A DNA stretch of 33,412 nucleotides from Gemmatimonadales bacterium (GTDB taxonomy: Bacteria; Gemmatimonadota; Gemmatimonadetes; Gemmatimonadales; GWC2-71-9), in contig DATCWW010000204.1 in assembly GCA_036566145.1 (NCBI GenBank), forward strand, positions 1 through 33,412, read 5' to 3'. Shown in pieces: positions 23,469-31,513 of the stretch (positions within the stretch are counted from its first letter, which is position 1; the number at the start of each line of letters is the position of its first letter). The notes under the pieces were generated by a model. The model made no database searches. It worked only from the letters and a program-made list of their open reading frames with translations, and was not told where the DNA came from. The position numbers and the translations under genes were made by a program.

Positions 23469-26290
23469 TCCTGCTCGGCGGACGCGTCCGGGACAGGGAG
23501 CCGCAGATGGAAGGTGGCTCCCCCGTCCCCGTTGTTGTCGGCCCACAGGCGTCCCTCGTGGGCCGACACGATCGAGCGGCAGATCGACAGGCCGAGGCCG
23601 AGCCCATCGGGCTTCGAAGTGAAGAACGGCTCGAAGATGAGCTGCATCTCCTCCGATGGTATCCCCGTTCCCCGATCGGCCAGCGACAGCTCCACCGTGT
23701 CATCCGCGCCCGCGGCGGTCGAGATCGTCACCCGCCGGTCGAGCGCGTCGGGCAAGATCGCGTCGCAGGCATTGAGGAGCAGGTTGAGCAGCACCTGCTG
23801 CATCTGCACCCGGTCGGCAAAGACCCCCGGGAGGTCCGGGGCCAGGCCGCTCGTGTCCACTGTGACCCGCCGCTGGATCAGGTCGCTGTGGATCAGCGTC
23901 AGCACCTCGCACACCACCTCGTTGAGGTCCACCGGGCCGAGCTGCATCTCCCCCTTGTGGAGGAACGCGCGGAGGCGGGCGATGACCTCACCCGCCCGCC
24001 GATCGGCATCTGCGATCTCGCCCAGGATCTCCCGAACCTCGGCCAGGTCGGGAGGCTCCTGGGCCATCAGCCGCTGGGCCGCGCGGGCATTGGCCAGGAT
24101 GGCGGTGAGCGGCTGGTTCAGCTCATGGGCCAGCGCGCCCGACAGCTCCCCCAGCATGGCGACCCGGCTCAGGTGCGTCACCTGCAGGCGCTGCTCCTGC
24201 GCCTCGGCTTCGGCCTGCCGCCGCGCGGTCACGTCGCGGACGAAGGTGAGGTAGCAGGCCTCCCCGCCCACCTCGACCCGCTCGGCATCGATGGTAACCT
24301 GGCGGACCTCACCCGCGTGGGTCCGCAGCTCCAGCTCGTAGTCGCGGACCGGATTCCCGGCATCCAGCAGCCCGAGCAGTCGCTCACGGTCGCCCGGCGC
24401 GACGAACATCCCGAGATCGGCCGCCGTCCGACCGACCGCCTCCTCGCGACGGTAGCCAAACACGGCCTCCCAGGTATCGTTGACCTCCAGGATGCGGGCA
24501 TCGCGCTGCCGGGTGATCTGAATCGCCTGGGGGCTGGAGCGGAAGACGAGGGAGAACCGCTCCTCCGAGCTTCGCACGGCCTGGTCGGACCGGGTTCGCT
24601 CAGTCACGTCGTGGACGAAGCCGACCATGCGCGACACCACACCGCGGGCGTCCCGGAAGAAGTGCCCCCGATCCTCCACCCAGATCACCTGGCCGTCCTT
24701 GCGCCGGAATCGGTAGGTGAGGCGGAAGGAGTCGTGGGTGGCCAGGACCCGGGCGACCTCGGCCTCGAATCGGGGACGATCGTCGGGATGAACCTTCTCG
24801 ACCCAGCCCGCCAGCCCGACCCCTATCTCCTGTTCGGTGTATCCGAGGATCCGCTCGAGATCTCCCCCGTAGCGGACATCGTTGGTCCGCGAGTCCCAGT
24901 CGTAGAGCAGCTGGTTGCTCGACTGGATCGCGGCCTCGTAGCGGTTCTTCCATTCGCTCACCGTGGCGTACGCCATCTCGCGCTCGGTGATGTCGGCGTT
25001 CACGCCGATCAGACGGCGGGGCCGTCCGACCTCATCCGGAAGGGCCGCCGCCTTGGCGTGGATCCAGCGAACCGAGCCATCGGGATGCCGGATCCGGAAT
25101 TGGACGTCGTACGGCGCGCCCCCGTCCGCCGCGCCTTCCAAGGCAGCGGTGACCGTGGGGCGATCCTCCGGCATGACGAGCTGGAGGAGCCGCGCCAGCG
25201 TCCCGTCACCCGTCGCCGGAAGCCCGAGGAGGGCCGCCGAGCTGTCGGACCAGACGCCCCGGCCGGTGCCGATCTCATACTCCCAGGTGCCCATCTGCGC
25301 CGCATCGAGCGCGAGCTTGAGCCGCTGCTCACTCGCGCGCGCCCGCCCCTCCGCCGTCGCCCGCTCGCGGGTGATCGCCGTCAGGGTCATGAGGGGAATG
25401 GCGACCACGATCAAGAAGGACTGCACGGACACGACGTTGGCGGCGGCTGTGTCGGCCGCGAACGGCCCCTTGCCGGCGACCGCGCCGGCGACGGCGAGCA
25501 GCGCCACCAGCAGCAGACTTCCGCTGGTGGCCGGTGGTCCGAACCGGACCGCGGCCCAGAGCAGAAACGGCAGCGGCGCATACAGCAGCGCCGGGCTGGT
25601 GTTGGTCTCGGGCGCCGCACGGGTGAACACCAGAAGACAGACCATCGTCAGCATGCTGCCCAGCACGGCCGCCTCGAGCGCGCGAGGACGGGACAGCCGG
25701 CGGAAACCTCGCACCCCTGCCTCACCCCAGGTGACGATCAGGGGTACGAAGGTGAGCTGGGCGAGCAGGTTGGAGAGGAACCGTACCCTCCAGTTCTCCC
25801 AGTACCCGGTCGACCCCCAGTCGTTCAGCCGCACGAAGCCTGCGTCCAGGAAGCAGGAGAGGAAGACGCTCGTGAGGGCCGCCACCAGGAATACCCCGAC
25901 CCCCCGGAAGGTGTCGAACCGAGCGATCCGTCCACCCAGCGCCTGGACCACGAGAGCCCCGATCAGCGCCTCGCTGGAGTTGCTGATGAACCAGCAGAGG
26001 ATCATCGGGAGCGGAATGCCTGACCACAGCTCGACCAGGAGGTGGGCTGGAAACGCGCCCAGCAGAACGACCCACCAGCGTCGCCGGGGGGTGAGCAGGA
26101 GCAGTCCGAAGAGGATGGCGTTGGGCGGCCACAGCGTGGAGATCGGCTGGGGACGCATGGTGAGCGTCATCCCCAGCTCGGCGGCAAACAGGTACGCCAA
26201 GCCCGCCAGCGCCGCCATGGCGGGGGTCGAGAATCCCCCGCGCGACTCGGCGGATGATGTGACCGGGGAAGATTCGGCGAGCGTGGTCAC
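23465..26290 (-). CDS. sensor histidine kinase: MASE1-like membrane domain, three PAS/PAC domains, FixL-type HisKA, HATPase_c
   Basis: A 941-aa ORF with a GTG start. The N-terminal 300 aa or so is polytopic (LWPPNAILFGLLLLTP..., MASE1-like). There are three PAS-like modules. The H-box is LGELSGALAHELNQPLTAI. The ATPase boxes are LLNLLLNACDA, DRGTGIP and GLGLGLSICRSIV. Confidence 0.85.
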   Translation of the reverse strand: MTTLAESSPVTSSAESRGGFSTPAMAALAGLAYLFAAELGMTLTMRPQPISTLWPPNAILFGLLLLTPRRRWWVVLLGAFPAHLLVELWSGIPLPMILCWFISNSSEALIGALVVQALGGRIARFDTFRGVGVFLVAALTSVFLSCFLDAGFVRLNDWGSTGYWENWRVRFLSNLLAQLTFVPLIVTWGEAGVRGFRRLSRPRALEAAVLGSMLTMVCLLVFTRAAPETNTSPALLYAPLPFLLWAAVRFGPPATSGSLLLVALLAVAGAVAGKGPFAADTAAANVVSVQSFLIVVAIPLMTLTAITRERATAEGRARASEQRLKLALDAAQMGTWEYEIGTGRGVWSDSSAALLGLPATGDGTLARLLQLVMPEDRPTVTAALEGAADGGAPYDVQFRIRHPDGSVRWIHAKAAALPDEVGRPRRLIGVNADITEREMAYATVSEWKNRYEAAIQSSNQLLYDWDSRTNDVRYGGDLERILGYTEQEIGVGLAGWVEKVHPDDRPRFEAEVARVLATHDSFRLTYRFRRKDGQVIWVEDRGHFFRDARGVVSRMVGFVHDVTERTRSDQAVRSSEERFSLVFRSSPQAIQITRQRDARILEVNDTWEAVFGYRREEAVGRTAADLGMFVAPGDRERLLGLLDAGNPVRDYELELRTHAGEVRQVTIDAERVEVGGEACYLTFVRDVTARRQAEAEAQEQRLQVTHLSRVAMLGELSGALAHELNQPLTAILANARAAQRLMAQEPPDLAEVREILGEIADADRRAGEVIARLRAFLHKGEMQLGPVDLNEVVCEVLTLIHSDLIQRRVTVDTSGLAPDLPGVFADRVQMQQVLLNLLLNACDAILPDALDRRVTISTAAGADDTVELSLADRGTGIPSEEMQLIFEPFFTSKPDGLGLGLSICRSIVSAHEGRLWADNNGDGGATFHLRLPVPDASAEQD

Positions 26291-26329
26291 GTGCGCGGAC
26301 CTTTCCGAACGGCGGCAGGGACAGTGCGG

Positions 26330-26357
26330 GTGTCAGGGATGCCCCAGGGAGTATAAT
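26330..26357 (+). promoter_or_regulatory. sigma70-like promoter placed for a leaderless fdhD transcript
   Basis: An exact TATAAT at 26352-26357 ends 5 nt before the ATG at 26363. GTGTCA (4/6 to TTGACA) lies 16 nt upstream. There is no Shine-Dalgarno sequence between the -10 element and the ATG. Confidence 0.45.
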
Positions 26358-26362
26358 TCGAC

Positions 26363-27220
26363 ATGGCCGCCGACATCGACTTCTCCCAGATGCAGGACCC
26401 GCTGGGCCTTCTCCGCCTGGGCTACGCCCAGCCGCTCCTCAGCCTGCCCGCCACCCGGTGGCGCGACGGACAGGCTTCGGCGACCACGGAGACGATCGCC
26501 GAGGAGACTCCGGTGGCCATCGTCTACAACGGCATTCCCCATGTCGTCATGATGGCCACCCCGCAGGATCTCGAGGACTTCGTCCTCGGCTTCAGCCTCA
26601 CCGAGGAGCTGATCGCCTCGCCGGCCGACCTCCAGGGTGTGGAGGTGGTGCGCTACAGCCAGGGCATCGAAATCCAGGCCCTGGTGAGCCCGGCCTGCGA
26701 AGCGGTGATCGCCGGGCGAACCCGCCGACTCACCGGCCGGACCGGCTGTGGCATCTGCGGCGCCGACAGCGTATCGATGGTGCTGAAGGAGCTCCACCCG
26801 GTGGACGACAGCGTGTCGATCTCAGGCTCCTCCATCCGGCGCGCGATCGAGACGCTGGCCTCGCACCAGTCGCTCAACGCCGCCGCCGGCGCGGTGCACG
26901 CGGCCGCCTGGGCGGGACTCGATGGCACGGTGCAGGTCGTCCGCGAGGACGTGGGCCGGCACAACGCCCTGGACAAGCTCATCGGCGCCCTGCTCAAGGC
27001 CGCCACGGATCCCAAGACCGGCTTCGTGATCGTCACCAGCCGGGCCAGCTTCGAGATGGTGCAGAAGACCACCGTCCTCGGCGCACCCCTCATGGCCGCC
27101 ATCTCGGGGCCGACCGGACTCGCCGTTCGGGTGGCCCGGCAGGCGGGGCTCACGTTGGTCGGATTTGCCCGGGGTGGGAATCACACCGTCTACACCCACC
27201 CGCAGCGGGTCACCCCCTAG
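26363..27220 (+). CDS. fdhD: formate dehydrogenase accessory sulfurtransferase FdhD
   Basis: Motifs are TGRTGCGICG (the Cys pair), VREDVGRHNALDKLIGAL and IVTSRASFEMVQKT. The length of 285 aa is typical. Confidence 0.85.
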   Translation: MAADIDFSQMQDPLGLLRLGYAQPLLSLPATRWRDGQASATTETIAEETPVAIVYNGIPHVVMMATPQDLEDFVLGFSLTEELIASPADLQGVEVVRYSQGIEIQALVSPACEAVIAGRTRRLTGRTGCGICGADSVSMVLKELHPVDDSVSISGSSIRRAIETLASHQSLNAAAGAVHAAAWAGLDGTVQVVREDVGRHNALDKLIGALLKAATDPKTGFVIVTSRASFEMVQKTTVLGAPLMAAISGPTGLAVRVARQAGLTLVGFARGGNHTVYTHPQRVTP

Positions 27221-27221
27221 C

Positions 27222-28604
27222 TCATCGTTCGGCCGGACCGGCGCCGACGCGTGACCGGATCACCCGAAGCGGGTGCGCCTCGGTGTTGAACACGACCGCG
27301 CCCAGATCGAGGGTCTCCGGCGGGGCCAGCAGCAGGTACGCGTACTTCAGCGTCTCGGCGAAGAAGAACGAGTGCATCCGGTCCCGCTTCGCCCGGGTCC
27401 GCACGTCGGCCAGCACGGCGAAGCCGGCGTCGGTCCGGGTCCAGCGATCGATGGCCGCCCACATCGCGCCGCCCATCGTCCGGTACCGCTCGTCGCCGGT
27501 CAGCCGGTAGAGATAGTACGCCGATTCCAGCGACTCCGGCCTGAGCTCGTACCCGGGCTCGTCGCCGATGGTCATGGTGGCGTAGTCGAGGGTCTCGGGC
27601 TCGACGCCGAAGGTGGTCCACATGCGGTGGACCGAGGCCATCAGCCGGGCTGCCCGGGCGGTATCGCCGGCCAACGCCAGCGCCGCCGGCAGGAAGGCCT
27701 CGAGCGAGCCGAATCGGGTGCCGGTCCGGGCGCCGGTCGCCATGTCGGCCTGGCCGTACCAGAGCCCCCCGAACCGCTCGTCGGCGAGCCAGCGGTGCAT
27801 CGGGCCCACGCTCGCCTCCCACATCCGGCGAAAATCGTCGTCCCCGAACAGGCGCCAGGACTTGAGCAGGTACTCGTACCAGGAGTCGATCCCGCCTCCG
27901 ACGTGGCTGGTGCTGTCCTGCCAGGCGCCGGTCCGGACATCGATGGTGCTGCCCACCAGCCCGATCGCCGACCGGCGGGCGAAGAGCTGCTCGGCCGCGC
28001 GCTTGGCGGTGCTGTAATACACGGCGCGACCGGTGAGCCGGGCGAGGGTGCCGAACTCCAGCATCAGCGTGCCGATCTCCGCCGGATTGCTCACCGGGTC
28101 GCGGGTCGCGCCGGTTCGCAGATTCACGTAGCGGAACGGCATGCCGGTGGGCGAGCGGAAGGCGGGGAGCAGGCGGTCACCCAGATCGGTGGCCAGATGG
28201 AGGAAGCGGGGATCGCCCTCCATCTCGTAGGCGCTGAGCAGCCCGCCCAGCAGGCGGATGGTGACTTCGAAGACCTGGACCGAGACGTCCTGGTCGAACG
28301 ACAGCCGCTCCAGGATCAGCCGCTTGGCGTCGGCCGCCTCGTCGGTGAGGCCCATGAGCAGCATGGTGTCGTAGGCGTCCACCGGCGTCATCAGCAGGGG
28401 CACGCCGTACCAGTCGTGCGGCTTCCGGCTCAGGGGGTCGAGATCGTCGTGACCCCAGGCGTAGCGGCGGTAGCCGTGCCAGGCGTGGAGGAAGGCGGCG
28501 CGGACCTGGCTGGCGGAGGGTGCGGGGGGTGCGGAGGGCGCGGAGGGCGCGGAGCCGACCAGGAGGACGTGGACGGCTGCCGCGATCAACCCCGGCGCGT
28601 ACAC
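27222..28604 (-). CDS. glycoside hydrolase family 47-like (class I alpha-1,2-mannosidase fold), secreted
   Basis: GH47-like motifs are AFLHAWHGYRRYAWGHDDL, FEVTIRLLGGLLSAYE, DSWYEYLLK and FFFAETLKYAYLLL. The GTG start at 28604 lies 12 nt after the stop of the upstream Fe-S gene. The N-terminus is hydrophobic and is followed by an SAPSAPSAPPAPSAS linker. Confidence 0.75.
   Translation of the reverse strand: MYAPGLIAAAVHVLLVGSAPSAPSAPPAPSASQVRAAFLHAWHGYRRYAWGHDDLDPLSRKPHDWYGVPLLMTPVDAYDTMLLMGLTDEAADAKRLILERLSFDQDVSVQVFEVTIRLLGGLLSAYEMEGDPRFLHLATDLGDRLLPAFRSPTGMPFRYVNLRTGATRDPVSNPAEIGTLMLEFGTLARLTGRAVYYSTAKRAAEQLFARRSAIGLVGSTIDVRTGAWQDSTSHVGGGIDSWYEYLLKSWRLFGDDDFRRMWEASVGPMHRWLADERFGGLWYGQADMATGARTGTRFGSLEAFLPAALALAGDTARAARLMASVHRMWTTFGVEPETLDYATMTIGDEPGYELRPESLESAYYLYRLTGDERYRTMGGAMWAAIDRWTRTDAGFAVLADVRTRAKRDRMHSFFFAETLKYAYLLLAPPETLDLGAVVFNTEAHPLRVIRSRVGAGPAER
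28513..28556. repeat. imperfect 9-bp tandem repeat (gcggagggc x about 4.5)
   Basis: Read directly from the sequence. It encodes the (SAP)n linker after the signal peptide of the GH47-like protein. Confidence 0.6.
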
Positions 28605-28616
28605 GGCTCGACGGCC

Positions 28617-29633
28617 CTAGCGCTTCCCTCGCCCGTCGCCCTGGGCGTGGGGCGGACGGTTCTGCACGTAGCGCCAGCCGAAGCGCCCCTTGATGCAGAG
28701 ATTGCCGCGAGTGACCTCGTGGTCGAAGGGTGAGGTCACCTTCACGATCTCGTTATCCTGCACGTGCAGCTCGAGGTTGCAGCCCACGCCGCAGTAGGGG
28801 CAGATGGTCGTCGTGACCGTCTGGCGGGATTCGTCCCAGGTCCCCGCGTCCCGGTGGTCCCGCTCGCTCGAGAACATGAGCGCGCCGGTGGGACAGACGG
28901 CGATGCAGTTGCCGCAGTACACGCAGGCCGAATCGGGAAGTGGCACCGCGAACTCCGTCGAAATCCGGGCGTCGAACCCGCGGCCGGCGACGGTCAGGGC
29001 AAAGGTGTTCTGGTAGTCCTTGCCGCAGGCCTCGACACACTTGTAGCAGAGGACGCATTTGCCGTAATCGCGGACGTAGAGCTCGTTGTCCACTTTGATC
29101 GGCTGCGCCACCGTCGCGGCGTAATCCGGATTCGGCGGCGCGTGATGCCCGGGCTGCAGGCTGTCACGCCAGCCGGCGGGGCTGGGCGGCTGGGGCGGTC
29201 CGTACCGCTCCGGCTTTGCCCCGTAGTCGGCGACCCACCGGTCCACATCCGGGGTCGTGGAGAGGTCTACCGACGACGCCAGGAACTCCAGGACCATCTT
29301 CCGGCTGTGGCGGACCCGCTCGGAATCGGTCTTCACGACCATCCCCTGCTCGACCGGGCGGGAGCAGGACGGCACCAGCACCCGCGACCCTTCGAGCTCG
29401 ACCACGCAGACCCGGCACACGTTGACCGGGTGGAGCGTCTCGAGGTAGCAGATCGTCGGGGTCTCCTTGCCCTGGGAGCGGATGGCGTCGAGAATTGTGC
29501 TGCCTTCGGGCGCCAGCACCGTCGCGCCGTCGATGGTGATCTCGACGGTCCGGGGTGGCGGGCGCAGCGGAACGAGCAGTGGGCCGGACGCAATCATGGG
29601 TCGCTCTCCGGTCAGCGGACGTTCCAACGTCAT
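28617..29633 (-). CDS. NuoG/FdsA-N-terminal-like iron-sulfur subunit (2Fe-2S, 4Fe-4S clusters, MopB-type Fe4S4 domain only)
   Basis: The 2Fe-2S motif is CYLETLHPVNVCRVCVVE. The ferredoxin-type motifs are CVLCYKCVEAC and CVYCGNCIAVCP. The Mo-enzyme N-terminal cluster is CPYCGVGC...LCIKGRFG. The ORF then stops, with no molybdopterin domain. Its ATG overlaps the upstream stop (ATGA at 29630-29633). Confidence 0.8.
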   Translation of the reverse strand: MTLERPLTGERPMIASGPLLVPLRPPPRTVEITIDGATVLAPEGSTILDAIRSQGKETPTICYLETLHPVNVCRVCVVELEGSRVLVPSCSRPVEQGMVVKTDSERVRHSRKMVLEFLASSVDLSTTPDVDRWVADYGAKPERYGPPQPPSPAGWRDSLQPGHHAPPNPDYAATVAQPIKVDNELYVRDYGKCVLCYKCVEACGKDYQNTFALTVAGRGFDARISTEFAVPLPDSACVYCGNCIAVCPTGALMFSSERDHRDAGTWDESRQTVTTTICPYCGVGCNLELHVQDNEIVKVTSPFDHEVTRGNLCIKGRFGWRYVQNRPPHAQGDGRGKR

Positions 29634-31513
29634 CGGGCACTCCCATCGAACAGCCGGAGCCGCTTGATCGCCGACTCGACTGCGCTGTAAGCGGTCTGTC
29701 CGAGGCCGCAGATGGATGCGTCCTTCATTGCCAATCCGATCTCGTCGAGCAGTGCCAGCTCGTCGCTCATGTCACCCCGTATGCGCCCCGACCGGATGCG
29801 ATGGAGCGCCTCCTCCTGCCGAACCGTCCCGACCCGACAGGGTACACACTGACCGCAGGACTCGTCGCGGAAGAAGGCCGCGATGCGAAGCAGAATCGGC
29901 ACCATGTCGATCGTGTCGTCGAATACCATGATGACGCCGGAGCCGAGCGTCGCCTGGGCCGCCCGGGTACCCTCGAAGGTGAGCGGCATGTCGATCTCGT
30001 CCGGCCGCACGAAGATCCCGGCAGCGCCACCCAGAAGGATGCCCTGCAGGGGCCGCCCGCCGGCCACCCCGTCGGCCAGATGCAACATCTGCCGCAGGGT
30101 CGTCCCGAAGGGCACCTCATAGACGCCCGGCCTGGTGACACACCCGGACAGGCAGAAGAGCCTGGGTCCGGTTGACCCCGGTGTGCCGATGGCGGCGTAG
30201 CCCGGTCCTCCAATGCGGAGGATCTCGAGCACGTTCACCAGGGTCTCGACGTTGTTGATCAGCGTCGGCTTTCCGAATACGCCGACGTTGACCGGGAACG
30301 GCGGCTTGTTGCGGGGCTCGCCCCGCAACCCTTCGATCGAGTTGAAGACCGCGGTCTCTTCGCCGCAGATGTACGCCCCGCCGCCGCGCCGGATCTCGAG
30401 GTCGAACCGCAGCCCCTGGCCCATGATGTTGTCGCCCAGCAGGCCGCGCGCCCTCGCGACGTCGATAGCGGTCTGCAGTCGCTCGGCGCCGAGCGGGTAC
30501 TCGCCGCGGATGTAGATGTACCCCTGCTCGCAGCCCGTCGCGAAGGCTGCGATCGTCATGGCCTCGACGAGGCCGAAGGGATCGCCCTCCATGATCACCC
30601 GGTCCTTGAAGGTGCCGGGCTCGGACTCGTCGGCATTGCAGATGAGGAAGTGGGGCCGGACCGGCTGGCGCGCGACCGCTTCCCACTTCCGACCGGTGGG
30701 GAACGCCGCCCCGCCCCGGCCCATGAGCTTGGCGTCGCTGACCTCGCGGATGACACCCTCCGGACCGAGGGTGAACGCGAGGCGCAGCGCCTCGTAGCCG
30801 CCGTGGGCCCGATAGGCGTCGAGGCTCGTCGGGTCGGTCACGTCCACCCGTCTGAGCAGCCGAAGGTACGGGTCGCCCGCCTGCCAGAGGCGTGGCCGCG
30901 GCTCCAGCGACGGCGCGAGGTCGCCCTTCAGGATCCGGGACAGGCCGGCCACGTTGGCGTTCCCGAACAACCGCTCCACCGGCTTCGGCCCGGCCACGGT
31001 GACCATGGCGGCCGGAGCCTGCTCGCAGAGACCCAGACAGGGGCTGCGCAGCCAGCCCGAGGGGGCCGTATCCAGATCCACGTGGTCGCCGTGCGGGACG
31101 TGATAGGCCGGGCCGACGGTCCGCTCCAGCTCGGCGCACAGCTCCTCGGCCCCCCTGCAGCGGCAGGCGATGTCATCGCAGACGTGGAGCATGCACGCCG
31201 GCCGAGGCACGGTCGACAGCAGAGCGTAGAAGGTGGCCACACCATAGGCGTCGGCGGGCGGGACCGACAGCCGCTGGCAGACGTAATTGAGCGCGCCTTC
31301 ACTCACCCAGCCGACCCGCGCCTGCACCGCCTGCAGCGCGGGGAGCAGCAGGTGGCGAAGGGCCCGCGCCTCGTGGCCGCCCGCCGAGGTGAAGGCGTCG
31401 CGACTCTCGTCCCGGTCGCCGCCTTCCCACCCCGAGCGAGGCTCGCCCAGGAGGGCGTCCACCGCCGCGCGCTCCTCGGCCGTGGGCTCCGCATCGAGCA
31501 GGTGCAGGTCCAC
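29630..31513 (-). CDS. NuoE-NuoF fusion (FdsG/FdsB-like NAD(P)H-binding flavoprotein of formate dehydrogenase)
   Basis: The N-terminal NuoE-like 2Fe-2S motifs are VCDDIACRC...CLGLCEQAP. The NuoF-like part has GRGGAAFPTGRKW (FMN), ADESEPGTFKDR and the 4Fe-4S motif ESCGQCVPCR...CGLGQ. The GTG start directly follows the upstream TAG. Confidence 0.85.
   Translation of the reverse strand: MDLHLLDAEPTAEERAAVDALLGEPRSGWEGGDRDESRDAFTSAGGHEARALRHLLLPALQAVQARVGWVSEGALNYVCQRLSVPPADAYGVATFYALLSTVPRPACMLHVCDDIACRCRGAEELCAELERTVGPAYHVPHGDHVDLDTAPSGWLRSPCLGLCEQAPAAMVTVAGPKPVERLFGNANVAGLSRILKGDLAPSLEPRPRLWQAGDPYLRLLRRVDVTDPTSLDAYRAHGGYEALRLAFTLGPEGVIREVSDAKLMGRGGAAFPTGRKWEAVARQPVRPHFLICNADESEPGTFKDRVIMEGDPFGLVEAMTIAAFATGCEQGYIYIRGEYPLGAERLQTAIDVARARGLLGDNIMGQGLRFDLEIRRGGGAYICGEETAVFNSIEGLRGEPRNKPPFPVNVGVFGKPTLINNVETLVNVLEILRIGGPGYAAIGTPGSTGPRLFCLSGCVTRPGVYEVPFGTTLRQMLHLADGVAGGRPLQGILLGGAAGIFVRPDEIDMPLTFEGTRAAQATLGSGVIMVFDDTIDMVPILLRIAAFFRDESCGQCVPCRVGTVRQEEALHRIRSGRIRGDMSDELALLDEIGLAMKDASICGLGQTAYSAVESAIKRLRLFDGSAR

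Noticed and set aside
23507-26023. An 838-aa plus-strand ORF, plus 24963..26552 (529 aa), across the kinase locus.
   Set aside because: These are antisense shadow ORFs. Their composition is dominated by R/G/P/A with no recognisable motifs. The minus strand encodes an unmistakable PAS/HisKA/HATPase protein.
28617-29633. Treating the truncated FdsA-like ORF as a pseudogene fragment.
   Set aside because: It has intact cluster motifs, an ATGA-coupled start and a clean stop followed 12 nt later by an unrelated intact gene. No Mo-domain remnants are visible downstream in any frame.
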